Shown one piece after another: positions 44,192 to 52,313 of a DNA stretch of 52,313 nt; positions within the stretch are counted from its first letter, which is position 1; each line of letters begins with the position of its first letter. Under the pieces are notes generated by a model. That model did not search any database, had not been told where the DNA came from, and worked only from the letters and a program-made list of their open reading frames with translations. The DNA is from Candidatus Firestoneibacteriota bacterium (GTDB lineage Bacteria; Oederibacteriota; D2-FULL-39-29; JBDRBU01). Where the stretch lies: contig JBDRBU010000039.1 of the NCBI GenBank assembly GCA_043822305.1, forward strand, positions 1 to 52,313. The letters are read 5' to 3'. The position numbers and the translations under genes were made by a program.

Positions 44192-45142
44192 CTAACTTCC
44201 CTCAAATTTATAACTCAATAGTAAACTTAAAAACCAGAGAGCATATAAGATTATAGCAAACTGAAGCATATTAGGTAAAGCAATTAAAATAAAAGCTGAT
44301 TGAAGTAAAATTAAACTTCTGATTAAGGAAGTAATTTTACCTGTCACAATAACTTGGGAATATTTAATTATTAGAATATTTACTATGATGAGAATAGAAC
44401 TTAACACACCCAGAATTGAAAAACCTGTTCTAACCATTATTAATAATAATCCAGAGGCAATAACACCATTGGCTATTAAAATCAGTATTTTTGATGGTAT
44501 TTTTTTGACTTTCCATAATGCAAACAAGATACTAGGAATAGTTGGTTGCGAATGCAACCAGACTACAACTTCTTTGTAAGCAACTGCTGAAATAATGGCA
44601 ACATAGCCAGTCTCAATTATAGCTATTAGTATTACTAAATCCGGTAATGCTGTTAAATTTTCTGAGGCTCCAAGTATAATATTCATCCCCCGACATAATC
44701 CCATAACCATAAATCCTAATACTGGAGATATTTTGCGAACAACACCGTTATATAAAAATATTAAAACAATCAATATAATAGTTACAATAAAAGTATAATT
44801 ATTTAACAACTTACTTATAAATAAAGATATAAAGATTAATATAAAAGTAACAAACAAAACTGATGAAGGATTTATTATTCCAGCAGCAAGAGGTCTTGAT
44901 GGTCTTTCTAATTTATCTTGTTTAATATCAAACAAATCATTAAGTAATATTCCGGACAAGTAAAGACAAACAGATATAGTCATGAGTAAGAATAAATTAG
45001 AATATTTATTTTGATTGGTTAGGAGATTCCCTATTAAAAAACCAACTAATACATCTCCCGGTAATGTAAAGATATTCGGTAATCGTAATAATTTAGCCCA
45101 AGATTCTATTTTTTTTAAATACATTTGATTATGGGAAGTCAT
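44192..45142 (-). CDS. eboC: EboC UbiA-family prenyltransferase
   Basis: LRLPNIFT..GD, LND.FD...D..ERPSRP, MGLCRG.N; multiple TM segments. Confidence 0.88.
   Translation of the reverse strand: MTSHNQMYLKKIESWAKLLRLPNIFTLPGDVLVGFLIGNLLTNQNKYSNLFLLMTISVCLYLSGILLNDLFDIKQDKLERPSRPLAAGIINPSSVLFVTFILIFISLFISKLLNNYTFIVTIILIVLIFLYNGVVRKISPVLGFMVMGLCRGMNIILGASENLTALPDLVILIAIIETGYVAIISAVAYKEVVVWLHSQPTIPSILFALWKVKKIPSKILILIANGVIASGLLLIMVRTGFSILGVLSSILIIVNILIIKYSQVIVTGKITSLIRSLILLQSAFILIALPNMLQFAIILYALWFLSLLLSYKFEGS
44506..44565 (+). repeat. ~60-bp structured dispersed repeat, copy C (in frame within eboC)
   Basis: TGACTTTCCATAATGCAAACAAGATACTAGGAATAGTTGGTTGCGAATGCAACCAGACTA. Confidence 0.85.
45128..45141 (-). 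repeat. 14-bp left arm of the repeat at the eboB/eboC junction
   Basis: TGACTTCCCATAAT, identical to the first 14 bp of copy B. Confidence 0.6.
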
Positions 45143-45978
45143 CGTTGATATTCTGATACAGGCACAGGTGTAAGATTAAATTGAGGTTTCCAGTTAGGAG
45201 AATGACTGTATAAACTCATGGCATTGTCATGAACTAATTTATTAACAACTTTTTCACTATGACCATCTTTAATCAGGTATTCAACAACTTTTATTAGAGA
45301 AACAGGATCAGAAACACCCCAATCTGCTGAACTATTTACAATAAGTTTATCAGCTCCAAAATCCTTAACCATATTAGATACCCTTGATGGATTTAGTTTT
45401 GAATAAGGATAAACTGTTAAACCACAAAAACATTCTGTTTTTAAAGATATGGGCAGACTATCTTCTGTGTTATGATCAATTACAATTCTTTTTTGATTAA
45501 CTCCTTCTGCTTTGATTATATCTGTAATAATTTTTGCTCCCTCACATTTCGGTTTATGAGGTAGATGTATAATAACTGGCATTTTTCTTTTTTCAGCCAG
45601 AAGCAGTTGTTTGCGAAATACCATAATTTCATTTTTTGTATTATTATTAAGTCCAATTTCTCCAAGGGCAACACAACGAGGATGCTCAAGATATTCGTCA
45701 ATTCCTGCAAGTACTTCATCAGCTAATTTTATATTTTCTGCCTCTTTGGGATTTACAGAAATAGCTGCATAGTGGTCTATTCCAAACCGTTTAGCTCTTA
45801 CTGTTTCAAATTCTAATATAAGTTGAAAATAATCAAAGAAAGTTCCAGCATACCGTCTTTCACTTCCAAGCCAGAATGAAGGTTCCACACACACACGAAT
45901 ACCAGCATCAGACATGGCCTGATAATCATCTGTTGTGCGTGAAAACATATGAATATGCGGTTCTATAATATTAATCAT
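45139..45978 (-). CDS. eboB: EboB TatD-family hydrolase
   Basis: PHIHM.SRTTDDY, EPSFWLG, NPKEA, GEIG, DHN, NSSADWGVSDP. Confidence 0.92.
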   Translation of the reverse strand: MINIIEPHIHMFSRTTDDYQAMSDAGIRVCVEPSFWLGSERRYAGTFFDYFQLILEFETVRAKRFGIDHYAAISVNPKEAENIKLADEVLAGIDEYLEHPRCVALGEIGLNNNTKNEIMVFRKQLLLAEKRKMPVIIHLPHKPKCEGAKIITDIIKAEGVNQKRIVIDHNTEDSLPISLKTECFCGLTVYPYSKLNPSRVSNMVKDFGADKLIVNSSADWGVSDPVSLIKVVEYLIKDGHSEKVVNKLVHDNAMSLYSHSPNWKPQFNLTPVPVSEYQR

Positions 45979-46038
45979 AGTCTGCCCTCATAAGGTGGGC
46001 AACTATTCCTAATATCTTATTTACATTATGGAAAGTCA
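45978..46038 (-). repeat. ~60-bp structured dispersed repeat, copy D (inverted)
   Basis: TGACTTTCCATAATGTAAATAAGATATTAGGAATAGTTGCCCACCTTATGAGGGCAGACTA on the minus strand; contains the peptidase stop and the eboB RBS. Confidence 0.85.
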
Positions 46039-46847
46039 TATAACATAAGATTTTTATATTTTTTGATAATTCTTTCTCGTGATGTAACCAGGGACTTTGG
46101 ATTTTCAATTAAATCCGTGGCACTCCAGGCATCCATACAAAATTTTTCAATATATTTGTAAGATAAATATCCATAACCTTTATCGCCCCACTCTTCACTC
46201 CATGAATTTTTAAATTTAAATAAACTTTTATTTTCATTATAACCAACAATACAAATAGCATGCCCACCAATCTGTTTATTTTTTTTTCTGGGGAAAGAAA
46301 TAAAACCAGTATTTGCTACTTTTTCTGTCATCCAGTTATCAAAAACAACAACTCCAACTAAAAAAGGGCCATTTATCACCAGACTCCTTTTCATTTCAAG
46401 TACAGAGTTTAATCTTGCATATGCTAAAATCTTAAAAGGTTTTGCAATCTTATCTATATTTTTCTTTGGTTTATCTGTCTGATGTGGTTTATACGGCCAG
46501 TATTTTTCCGGTGGAACGCCATATTTTTGTAAAACTTTCATGGCAACTCTTGGATGTGTTCCTTCTTCATTTGGCATACCATCTATTCGTTTACAACACC
46601 AATAAACATATCGTACACTTAAATCAATATATTTATTTCTTTCCTTTTTCTCCTGATATTCTTTTACTCCATCAACGGAGGCAAAAGCAACACATGTTCC
46701 TTCATCACCTTGATTACCAACTGGACTCATTTTGTTTGTGTAATCAATAAAATCTGGCAATTTAATTGGAGGTAAAACTATAGCCATAGGTAAATCTCTA
46801 TGGTCAACTTTATCTTTTTTATATCCTAAGAAAAATTTATATTTCAT
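46026..46847 (-). CDS. C1 (papain-family) cysteine peptidase
   Basis: QG..GTC.AFA, GGHAI.IVGY, KNSW...WG..GY. Confidence 0.92.
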   Translation of the reverse strand: MKYKFFLGYKKDKVDHRDLPMAIVLPPIKLPDFIDYTNKMSPVGNQGDEGTCVAFASVDGVKEYQEKKERNKYIDLSVRYVYWCCKRIDGMPNEEGTHPRVAMKVLQKYGVPPEKYWPYKPHQTDKPKKNIDKIAKPFKILAYARLNSVLEMKRSLVINGPFLVGVVVFDNWMTEKVANTGFISFPRKKNKQIGGHAICIVGYNENKSLFKFKNSWSEEWGDKGYGYLSYKYIEKFCMDAWSATDLIENPKSLVTSRERIIKKYKNLMLYDFP

Positions 46848-46850
46848 AAT

Positions 46851-47161
46851 TTATGACAAAAATTGTAAATACTTTAGGGATTTAATCCTTTCTTTAAATG
46901 GAACTGAATTAGGCTCATATTTTTTCCTAAAATCTTCATTAAGTGAAACAAGGGTAATACCATACTCATTATTTTTGCTCACTCCGTCTTCGGTTTGCAC
47001 CATTCCTCATAAGACTTAACAATCCCACATCTTTTCTTCATCATAAAAGCATAACACGGATACCTGCAACCACGAGAACACCCTTCCACATGGTTTAAGC
47101 AGTAGTCCGAGTATTCAACTCCTGTGTGATATAGCAATGACTTACGAACAATAGTTTTCAT
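46851..47161 (-). pseudogene. SplB-like radical SAM pseudogene (internal deletion and truncation)
   Basis: N-terminal NHVEGCSRGCRYPCYA fragment joined out of frame to YGITLVSL...EP.....RIKSL, then a stop. Confidence 0.75.
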
Positions 47162-47174
47162 AAAAATATATTAT

Positions 47175-48200
47175 TTATTCTTCTTTCTTATGATTATTCT
47201 TGGCTTTTTGTGTTATCATTTTTGTCACATGGTCAAAGTCTGAAAGGTAATTCTTTCCCCTCTCTTTTCTGTATTCATCAAATTCCTTTTCGGCTTTTTT
47301 TATTGCATGTTCAGCACTCACACTACCGGCATTAGTAAGGAGTTTTCTCTCACTTAATTTTAAAAATTCATCAAGTTTCGTTATCCATTCAGCCATTTTC
47401 ATCAGTCTGCCGTTAACTGCCTGCAATTCTGCAAAATCAAGATATAGGGACACAATCAGATTAAGCTGTTTCAGTTCACTTTCGACAAGATAATTTTTAG
47501 CAATCTTAATATCCTGCACGGTAATGTATTTGCCCTTGATATTAGTAAGTCCCATTAGCGGCTTTTTACCATTAGCCCGTTTTGCAATAATTTCCGCAGC
47601 CGTATAACCGTGAACGGCATAGTGCATCTTGTTTTGTACTGTCGCAAAGAATTCTTTAGTTAGTTTATCATCTTTTCTATAATCAATGCTGGTGGCATAG
47701 ATATCAGTTGCTTTCTGATAAAAATTGCGTTCACTACTCCGAATATCTCTTATCCGTTGGAGCAATTCTTCAAAATATCTGGCTCTTTGTCCGCCCTGCT
47801 TTAATCGTTCATCATCAATGGTAAATCCTTTAACTATATATTCTTTTAACCGCTGTGTTGCCCAAATGCGAAATTGCGTGCCACACAACGATTTTACCCG
47901 ATAACCCACTGAAATAATAACATCTAGGTTGTAATGCTTTACATCGTATTTTTTACCATCCGTGCCAGTTCGTCGGAATTCCCGACATACTGTTTTTTCA
48001 TCGAGTTCGCCTTCTTTAAAAACATTGTTTATATGCTCTGTAATGGTACTGCGTCCTTTATCAAATAGTCCCGCCATCTGGTCCTGAGTAAGCCATGCTG
48101 TATCTCCTTGAAGAACAACATCCACTTTTGTTTTTCCATCATCACTTTTGTACAATATAACAGGCAAACTGTCTTTTGTATTTTTATCTAACATTATCAC
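47175..48200 (-). CDS. RhuM-family protein
   Basis: WLTQ.QMA.LF, YNLDVIISVGYRV.S..GTQFR.WAT..L.EY..KGF..DDERLK, RIRDIRSSER. Confidence 0.92.
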   Translation of the reverse strand: MIMLDKNTKDSLPVILYKSDDGKTKVDVVLQGDTAWLTQDQMAGLFDKGRSTITEHINNVFKEGELDEKTVCREFRRTGTDGKKYDVKHYNLDVIISVGYRVKSLCGTQFRIWATQRLKEYIVKGFTIDDERLKQGGQRARYFEELLQRIRDIRSSERNFYQKATDIYATSIDYRKDDKLTKEFFATVQNKMHYAVHGYTAAEIIAKRANGKKPLMGLTNIKGKYITVQDIKIAKNYLVESELKQLNLIVSLYLDFAELQAVNGRLMKMAEWITKLDEFLKLSERKLLTNAGSVSAEHAIKKAEKEFDEYRKERGKNYLSDFDHVTKMITQKAKNNHKKEE

Positions 48201-48248
48201 CTCAACTAATTAATAGCGGTTGTCCCATTTTTACTGTTATTATTTTAC

Positions 48249-51200
48249 CTAACTGTTTTCAATAATTTTTATTTCATCTTCTGTTAAACCGTATAATTTA
48301 TAGACAATTTTGTTAATTTGGTGTTCGTATTCTTTGACTTTTGTCTGTTTATTCGAATTATTAATATAATCTTCGTCTTTTGTTATTGCAAGAATTTTAT
48401 TTACATGCTCAATTAATGGTTTTTGCTTTGATTTTGAGCATTTTTTTATGGGTAGTTGCTTCATATGATTTGGATAAAAATGTGTACCATCGTATAATAG
48501 TTCATTTACATAGAATTTAATAATATTGGAATTCAATATTCCCTGTAAATATTTCAATGAATAGTTTTTCGAGACTTCAATTTTTTCTTTTGTGATATTC
48601 CTCCTTACTGTTGAGTAACTGACATTAATAAATTTATACCATAGTGTTAAGACAACAACAGAATCGTTACAATAATACTCTTCCTCATCATAAATAAATC
48701 TTAATTTTGTTATATCGCTTAATGTTCTTAATCCTACCAATTTTTCATTTTCAAACAGTTCAGCAAACATTGAATTATACATTACATCTGGTCGATAATC
48801 TAAATATTTGTAATCTTTTATTGACCAATATCCCATATTTTTGCCTTCGAAATATTTTTTATAATGACCACTTTGATTTGTTTTCTTAATAAAGTTATCT
48901 TTCCCGACATCTAATTTTTCACTGCTTGGTCGTAATCCATAATTTACAGAACAAATATCATCAACTTTAAAACAATTACATTTAATATTTTTAATTAATT
49001 GAATTTTATTATCTGTAAGATTTATTCGAAAATTATTTTCATCGGTTTCATTAAATATTTCTTGATTTAACTGACTGTAATCCTCATTATTAAATTTATA
49101 AATATCTATTAAACTATTTATATCGATAATCTTAATTTTATTATTAAATGATTCTATTTTTGTTAATTGAAGTATGCAGGTTCTAACCGTTGCGGCATCA
49201 AAAATATCATAATTAAAATTAATTATCTTATCAATCCTATATTGCAGAAAATATTTCCTCAACAAAAGCCCATAACCTTGAGATAAAAATTTATTTGACG
49301 AAATAAAAGTCAATGTTCCAGAAGTTTTTAATAACGTTATTGATTTTTCATAAAACAACACATATATATCATATTTCTGATAAGCGGTTTTAAAACACCC
49401 AATATTCACTTTTATATTTTTGTCTACCTTCTCAACATTAATATATGGAGGATTTGCAATCACAATATCAAACCCTCCTTTCTCTTTAAACACCTCATAA
49501 AAATTAAGTTTCCATAGAAAATATGGACGGACTTTATCTTTACGAATTTTATCAGGAATATCTATGTATTCCATTTTCTTTTTTTGCAATTCCGGGAGTT
49601 TCTTTCTATCTTCTGGTTTTTGAGGATTTAGGTTCTTGATTATACCATCTACACCTTTTATTTTCTCTTCTATTGAGTTTTTTATTAAATCGTATTCAAT
49701 ATCATCTATAAACACACGAAGTTTCTTCTTTTTTTCAGGATCATATTCCGTGAAATATTCTAGATGATATTTTTGTAAATCCTTAAATAGTTTTTCAGCT
49801 TTTTGCGGGATTAAGAATGATTGCATAACCTTTGGTTTTCTTTCCTCTTCAATCTTATCAATTTCTTTTTTGAGAACAGTCATATCTTTCTCAATTTTCT
49901 TTATTAAAACATGATCTCTTTTAGCTTTTGTTTTCTCTTCTAAAAGAGATTTACCTTTAATATTTAATTGATCTTTAAAATATTCAAGTTTCTCGTCTTT
50001 GGCTATTTTACCTTCGTATTCACCTTCAAATAGTTTTTTATTTTTTGAATCTATCATCCTTTCATCAAATAATTTTATTGATTCTTCCCCTATAATAAGT
50101 TCTTCAAGTAAACTATTACCGCACATTATTTTATAATCAAGGTTAGGTAACGGGTCTATTTTATCAAGTTCATGATCAACCACTAAACTAAGCCATAAGC
50201 GAAGTTTAGATATATCTACTGCTCCTGGATCTATATCTACTCCGTAAATACAATTCTGAATGGTTTCTTTCTTTAAGGAATATTCCTTTTTATTAGTTAT
50301 TATTCGCCTTGATCCTACAATTTCGTTAAGCATACCAACAAGAAAAGCTCCTGATCCGCAGGCAGGATCGCATACCTTAATAGTTACTAAAGCTGAATCT
50401 AACAATCCTTTTTCTTCTTCTGTAAACTTTTCATTTTTAAAAATTATTAGTTTCCTAATTTTTTCAATATCAATTTTTGTTTCTGTATTAAGGTAATTTA
50501 TTAGACTTTCCTGACACATATAATGAACTATCTCTCTTGGTGTATAATAAGCCCCCTGACCTTTTCTAATATTTTCAGGAAGCAGGTTTTCAAATACCTT
50601 ACCTAACATTTCAGGATCAACTGCAACTTCTTTTTCTAGGGGTTCATCTTCTTTTACTGTAAAGTTATATAAATCAAATACTTCTAATATTTCATCAAAA
50701 ATATTATCTTCCAGATAAATTGCCGTATTTTTCCAATCATAAGACGGTTCAAATAAACCACCATTTAAAAAAGGTATTCTGCTTTTGAAATATTTCGAAT
50801 AAGAAGGATCTACTGTATTTCCCCGTGGGTTGTTTAATGTATCATAAAATAATGGTTCTAAACAATCATTATAGAAGTTCTTTTTTTCTTTTATAGCATT
50901 ATTTATTAAAGTTCTTAAGAAATACTTATCTCCCTGTCCCCATTTTTCATTCTCTGAAACTCCAAGCCATCCTTTTTTCTGCAAGAAATAAAGAAAAACA
51001 ATTTGACCAAGCAGCTTTTTTGCAAAATTATCTATATCTATTTTTTCTTTACTTGCTATTATTTGAAAGGATTTATTTTTCTTTAAGCTGTTGGATAAGT
51101 TATCAAACAAGACCCTGTATTTCTGATAAAACTCTCTGGTTACTTTCTCAACACTAAAAGCATCTTCTATCTCTGAAATTAAAGGGTTGTCCTTATCCTC

Positions 51201-51674
51201 TAGTATATGAAGTAGCTGCTTTCTTGCGGTATAACAAGGTTCTGTTTCACCCACAAGAAAAGAATATCTTTTAGGAGGAGTTGATACCTCAGCTTTTGCG
51301 CCTTTATCGATTAGTTTATATTCCATTTTAACAAACGATAAACGCCAATCAGGATTATCAGAATAAAAGGCAACAAAAGCTGAATCTCTTAAATTATCTT
51401 TTAGATATTTTGCTATTAGTTCTCTCTGGAAGGATCTGGCTCTTTCTACCTTAGTATCGCCAACTAATTCAACAGCAAGAATTTCTATGTTTTTATTTTC
51501 TTGATCAGTATAATCGCCAAGGAAGGAAAATTCTTTTATAAATTCAGAAAATCTATTTTCAATCTTTATTTTCTTTGGGCTGATATCATCTTTTTTAAAT
51601 AAATCTTTCGCAAACAAAAGAAATTCATCAAGATTAAATTTATTGCCAAGCGTTCTTTCTATTAACTGTTTCAC
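48249..51674 (-). CDS. Eco57I-like type IIG restriction-modification enzyme / N6-adenine methyltransferase
   Basis: PFLNGGLF, DPEMLGKVFE, GAYYTPREIV, DPACGSGAF, NPPY, C-terminal TRD. Confidence 0.88.
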   Translation of the reverse strand: MKQLIERTLGNKFNLDEFLLFAKDLFKKDDISPKKIKIENRFSEFIKEFSFLGDYTDQENKNIEILAVELVGDTKVERARSFQRELIAKYLKDNLRDSAFVAFYSDNPDWRLSFVKMEYKLIDKGAKAEVSTPPKRYSFLVGETEPCYTARKQLLHILEDKDNPLISEIEDAFSVEKVTREFYQKYRVLFDNLSNSLKKNKSFQIIASKEKIDIDNFAKKLLGQIVFLYFLQKKGWLGVSENEKWGQGDKYFLRTLINNAIKEKKNFYNDCLEPLFYDTLNNPRGNTVDPSYSKYFKSRIPFLNGGLFEPSYDWKNTAIYLEDNIFDEILEVFDLYNFTVKEDEPLEKEVAVDPEMLGKVFENLLPENIRKGQGAYYTPREIVHYMCQESLINYLNTETKIDIEKIRKLIIFKNEKFTEEEKGLLDSALVTIKVCDPACGSGAFLVGMLNEIVGSRRIITNKKEYSLKKETIQNCIYGVDIDPGAVDISKLRLWLSLVVDHELDKIDPLPNLDYKIMCGNSLLEELIIGEESIKLFDERMIDSKNKKLFEGEYEGKIAKDEKLEYFKDQLNIKGKSLLEEKTKAKRDHVLIKKIEKDMTVLKKEIDKIEEERKPKVMQSFLIPQKAEKLFKDLQKYHLEYFTEYDPEKKKKLRVFIDDIEYDLIKNSIEEKIKGVDGIIKNLNPQKPEDRKKLPELQKKKMEYIDIPDKIRKDKVRPYFLWKLNFYEVFKEKGGFDIVIANPPYINVEKVDKNIKVNIGCFKTAYQKYDIYVLFYEKSITLLKTSGTLTFISSNKFLSQGYGLLLRKYFLQYRIDKIINFNYDIFDAATVRTCILQLTKIESFNNKIKIIDINSLIDIYKFNNEDYSQLNQEIFNETDENNFRINLTDNKIQLIKNIKCNCFKVDDICSVNYGLRPSSEKLDVGKDNFIKKTNQSGHYKKYFEGKNMGYWSIKDYKYLDYRPDVMYNSMFAELFENEKLVGLRTLSDITKLRFIYDEEEYYCNDSVVVLTLWYKFINVSYSTVRRNITKEKIEVSKNYSLKYLQGILNSNIIKFYVNELLYDGTHFYPNHMKQLPIKKCSKSKQKPLIEHVNKILAITKDEDYINNSNKQTKVKEYEHQINKIVYKLYGLTEDEIKIIENS

Positions 51675-51676
51675 AA

Positions 51677-52180
51677 CTATTTATCCTTATAAACTAATAA
51701 TTCAGATAGAATAACTTCTCTTGGAGAATTAGTATAACAAGAATTGCTTGAAACCGATTCGGTAAAGTAATTATCCGGAATACCGCTTCTTATTTTTGCC
51801 AAGACCTTCAAGGGATTCTTTTCTCTTTTTACTTCCTTAACCAGTTCTTTTGTAATATTTTTACCAAGAGTACCTTCCTGAAGCAATTTTAATACTTTTT
51901 GGATATATTCTTCGTCTTCTTCAGTATATTTATTATATTTCTCTACTGCTTTTAGGATTTGAATTAACCTTGTTTCATTGCTCCTGCTTCCCGACTTTTT
52001 AAACTCCCTTATTTCTTCAGTTGTTGCTATTTTAAATCCTTCTTTATTAGCGGAAAGATACTTGTAATATTCGGGAGATAGTTTTTCTCTTTTTTCATCT
52101 GACTTACATTTAAATTTTTTAGCTGCATTAAAGAAATCCAGTTCCTTTACTTCTTTAGCACTGGCCTCAAATATTTTGGG
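51677..52180 (-). pseudogene. C-terminal remnant of a larger gene (probably the helicase usually found upstream of this MTase type)
   Basis: Frame is open from 52180 with no start or RBS at its 5' end and ends ...PREVILSELLVYKDK; cut by an in-frame TGA at the putative IS boundary. Confidence 0.6.
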
Positions 52181-52313
52181 TCATTCGTAAATAATGTGGG
52201 AGAAATAGGAGAAAGCATTAAGCTATAAGGGGAAATAAAAAAGCACCGATTACCGAAGAAAACTGATATAGTTAGGTTTATGACAACCAACTTAATCAGG
52301 AGGTAACCGATGC
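52179..52313 (+). mobile_element. Probable left end of an insertion sequence
   Basis: Abrupt junction GGTCATTCGTAAATAA..., TGATATAGT extended -10, AGGAGG and ATG at 52310 at the window edge; the transposase itself is not visible. Confidence 0.5.

Noticed and set aside
45978..46038. The ~60-bp repeat read as an integron attC site
   Set aside because: The AAC...GTC span is only ~37 nt, there are no proper RYYYAAC/GTTRRRY boxes, copies occur in both orientations, and no integrase is seen

Overview
AT-rich bacterial chromosome segment; gene content (desulfoferrodoxin, RACo, pta/ackA, PorV-like barrel) suggests an anaerobic diderm, possibly from a candidate phylum. Almost all genes are on the minus strand. 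Left to right it contains: mfd, wecB, a DegT-family aminotransferase, pcm and csp; a complete rRNA operon (16S, tRNA-Ile, tRNA-Ala, 23S, 5S) with an ORF-less group I intron at 23S L1917 and expansions in 23S helix 45 and 16S helix 17; a csp/nagB/pta/ackA/GlmU-like/ACP/AcpS/DUF4954 cluster; M23 and M16 peptidases; a complete type I-C CRISPR-Cas locus (12 repeats) with a YhcG nuclease and a decayed cas4 5' duplicate inside it; RACo, a PorV-like protein, a frameshifted uvrC, a probable CC-adding enzyme, mutM and dfx; an eboB-C-F-D-E cluster; and a decaying defence island (RhuM, type IIG-like methyltransferase, helicase remnant cut by a probable IS end). The least explained signal is a ~60-bp dispersed structured repeat (4 full and 2 partial copies). 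It sits at gene junctions, supplies stop and start signals, is inserted in frame in eboC and brackets eboB like a cassette. All family calls come from reading motifs; no searches were run.
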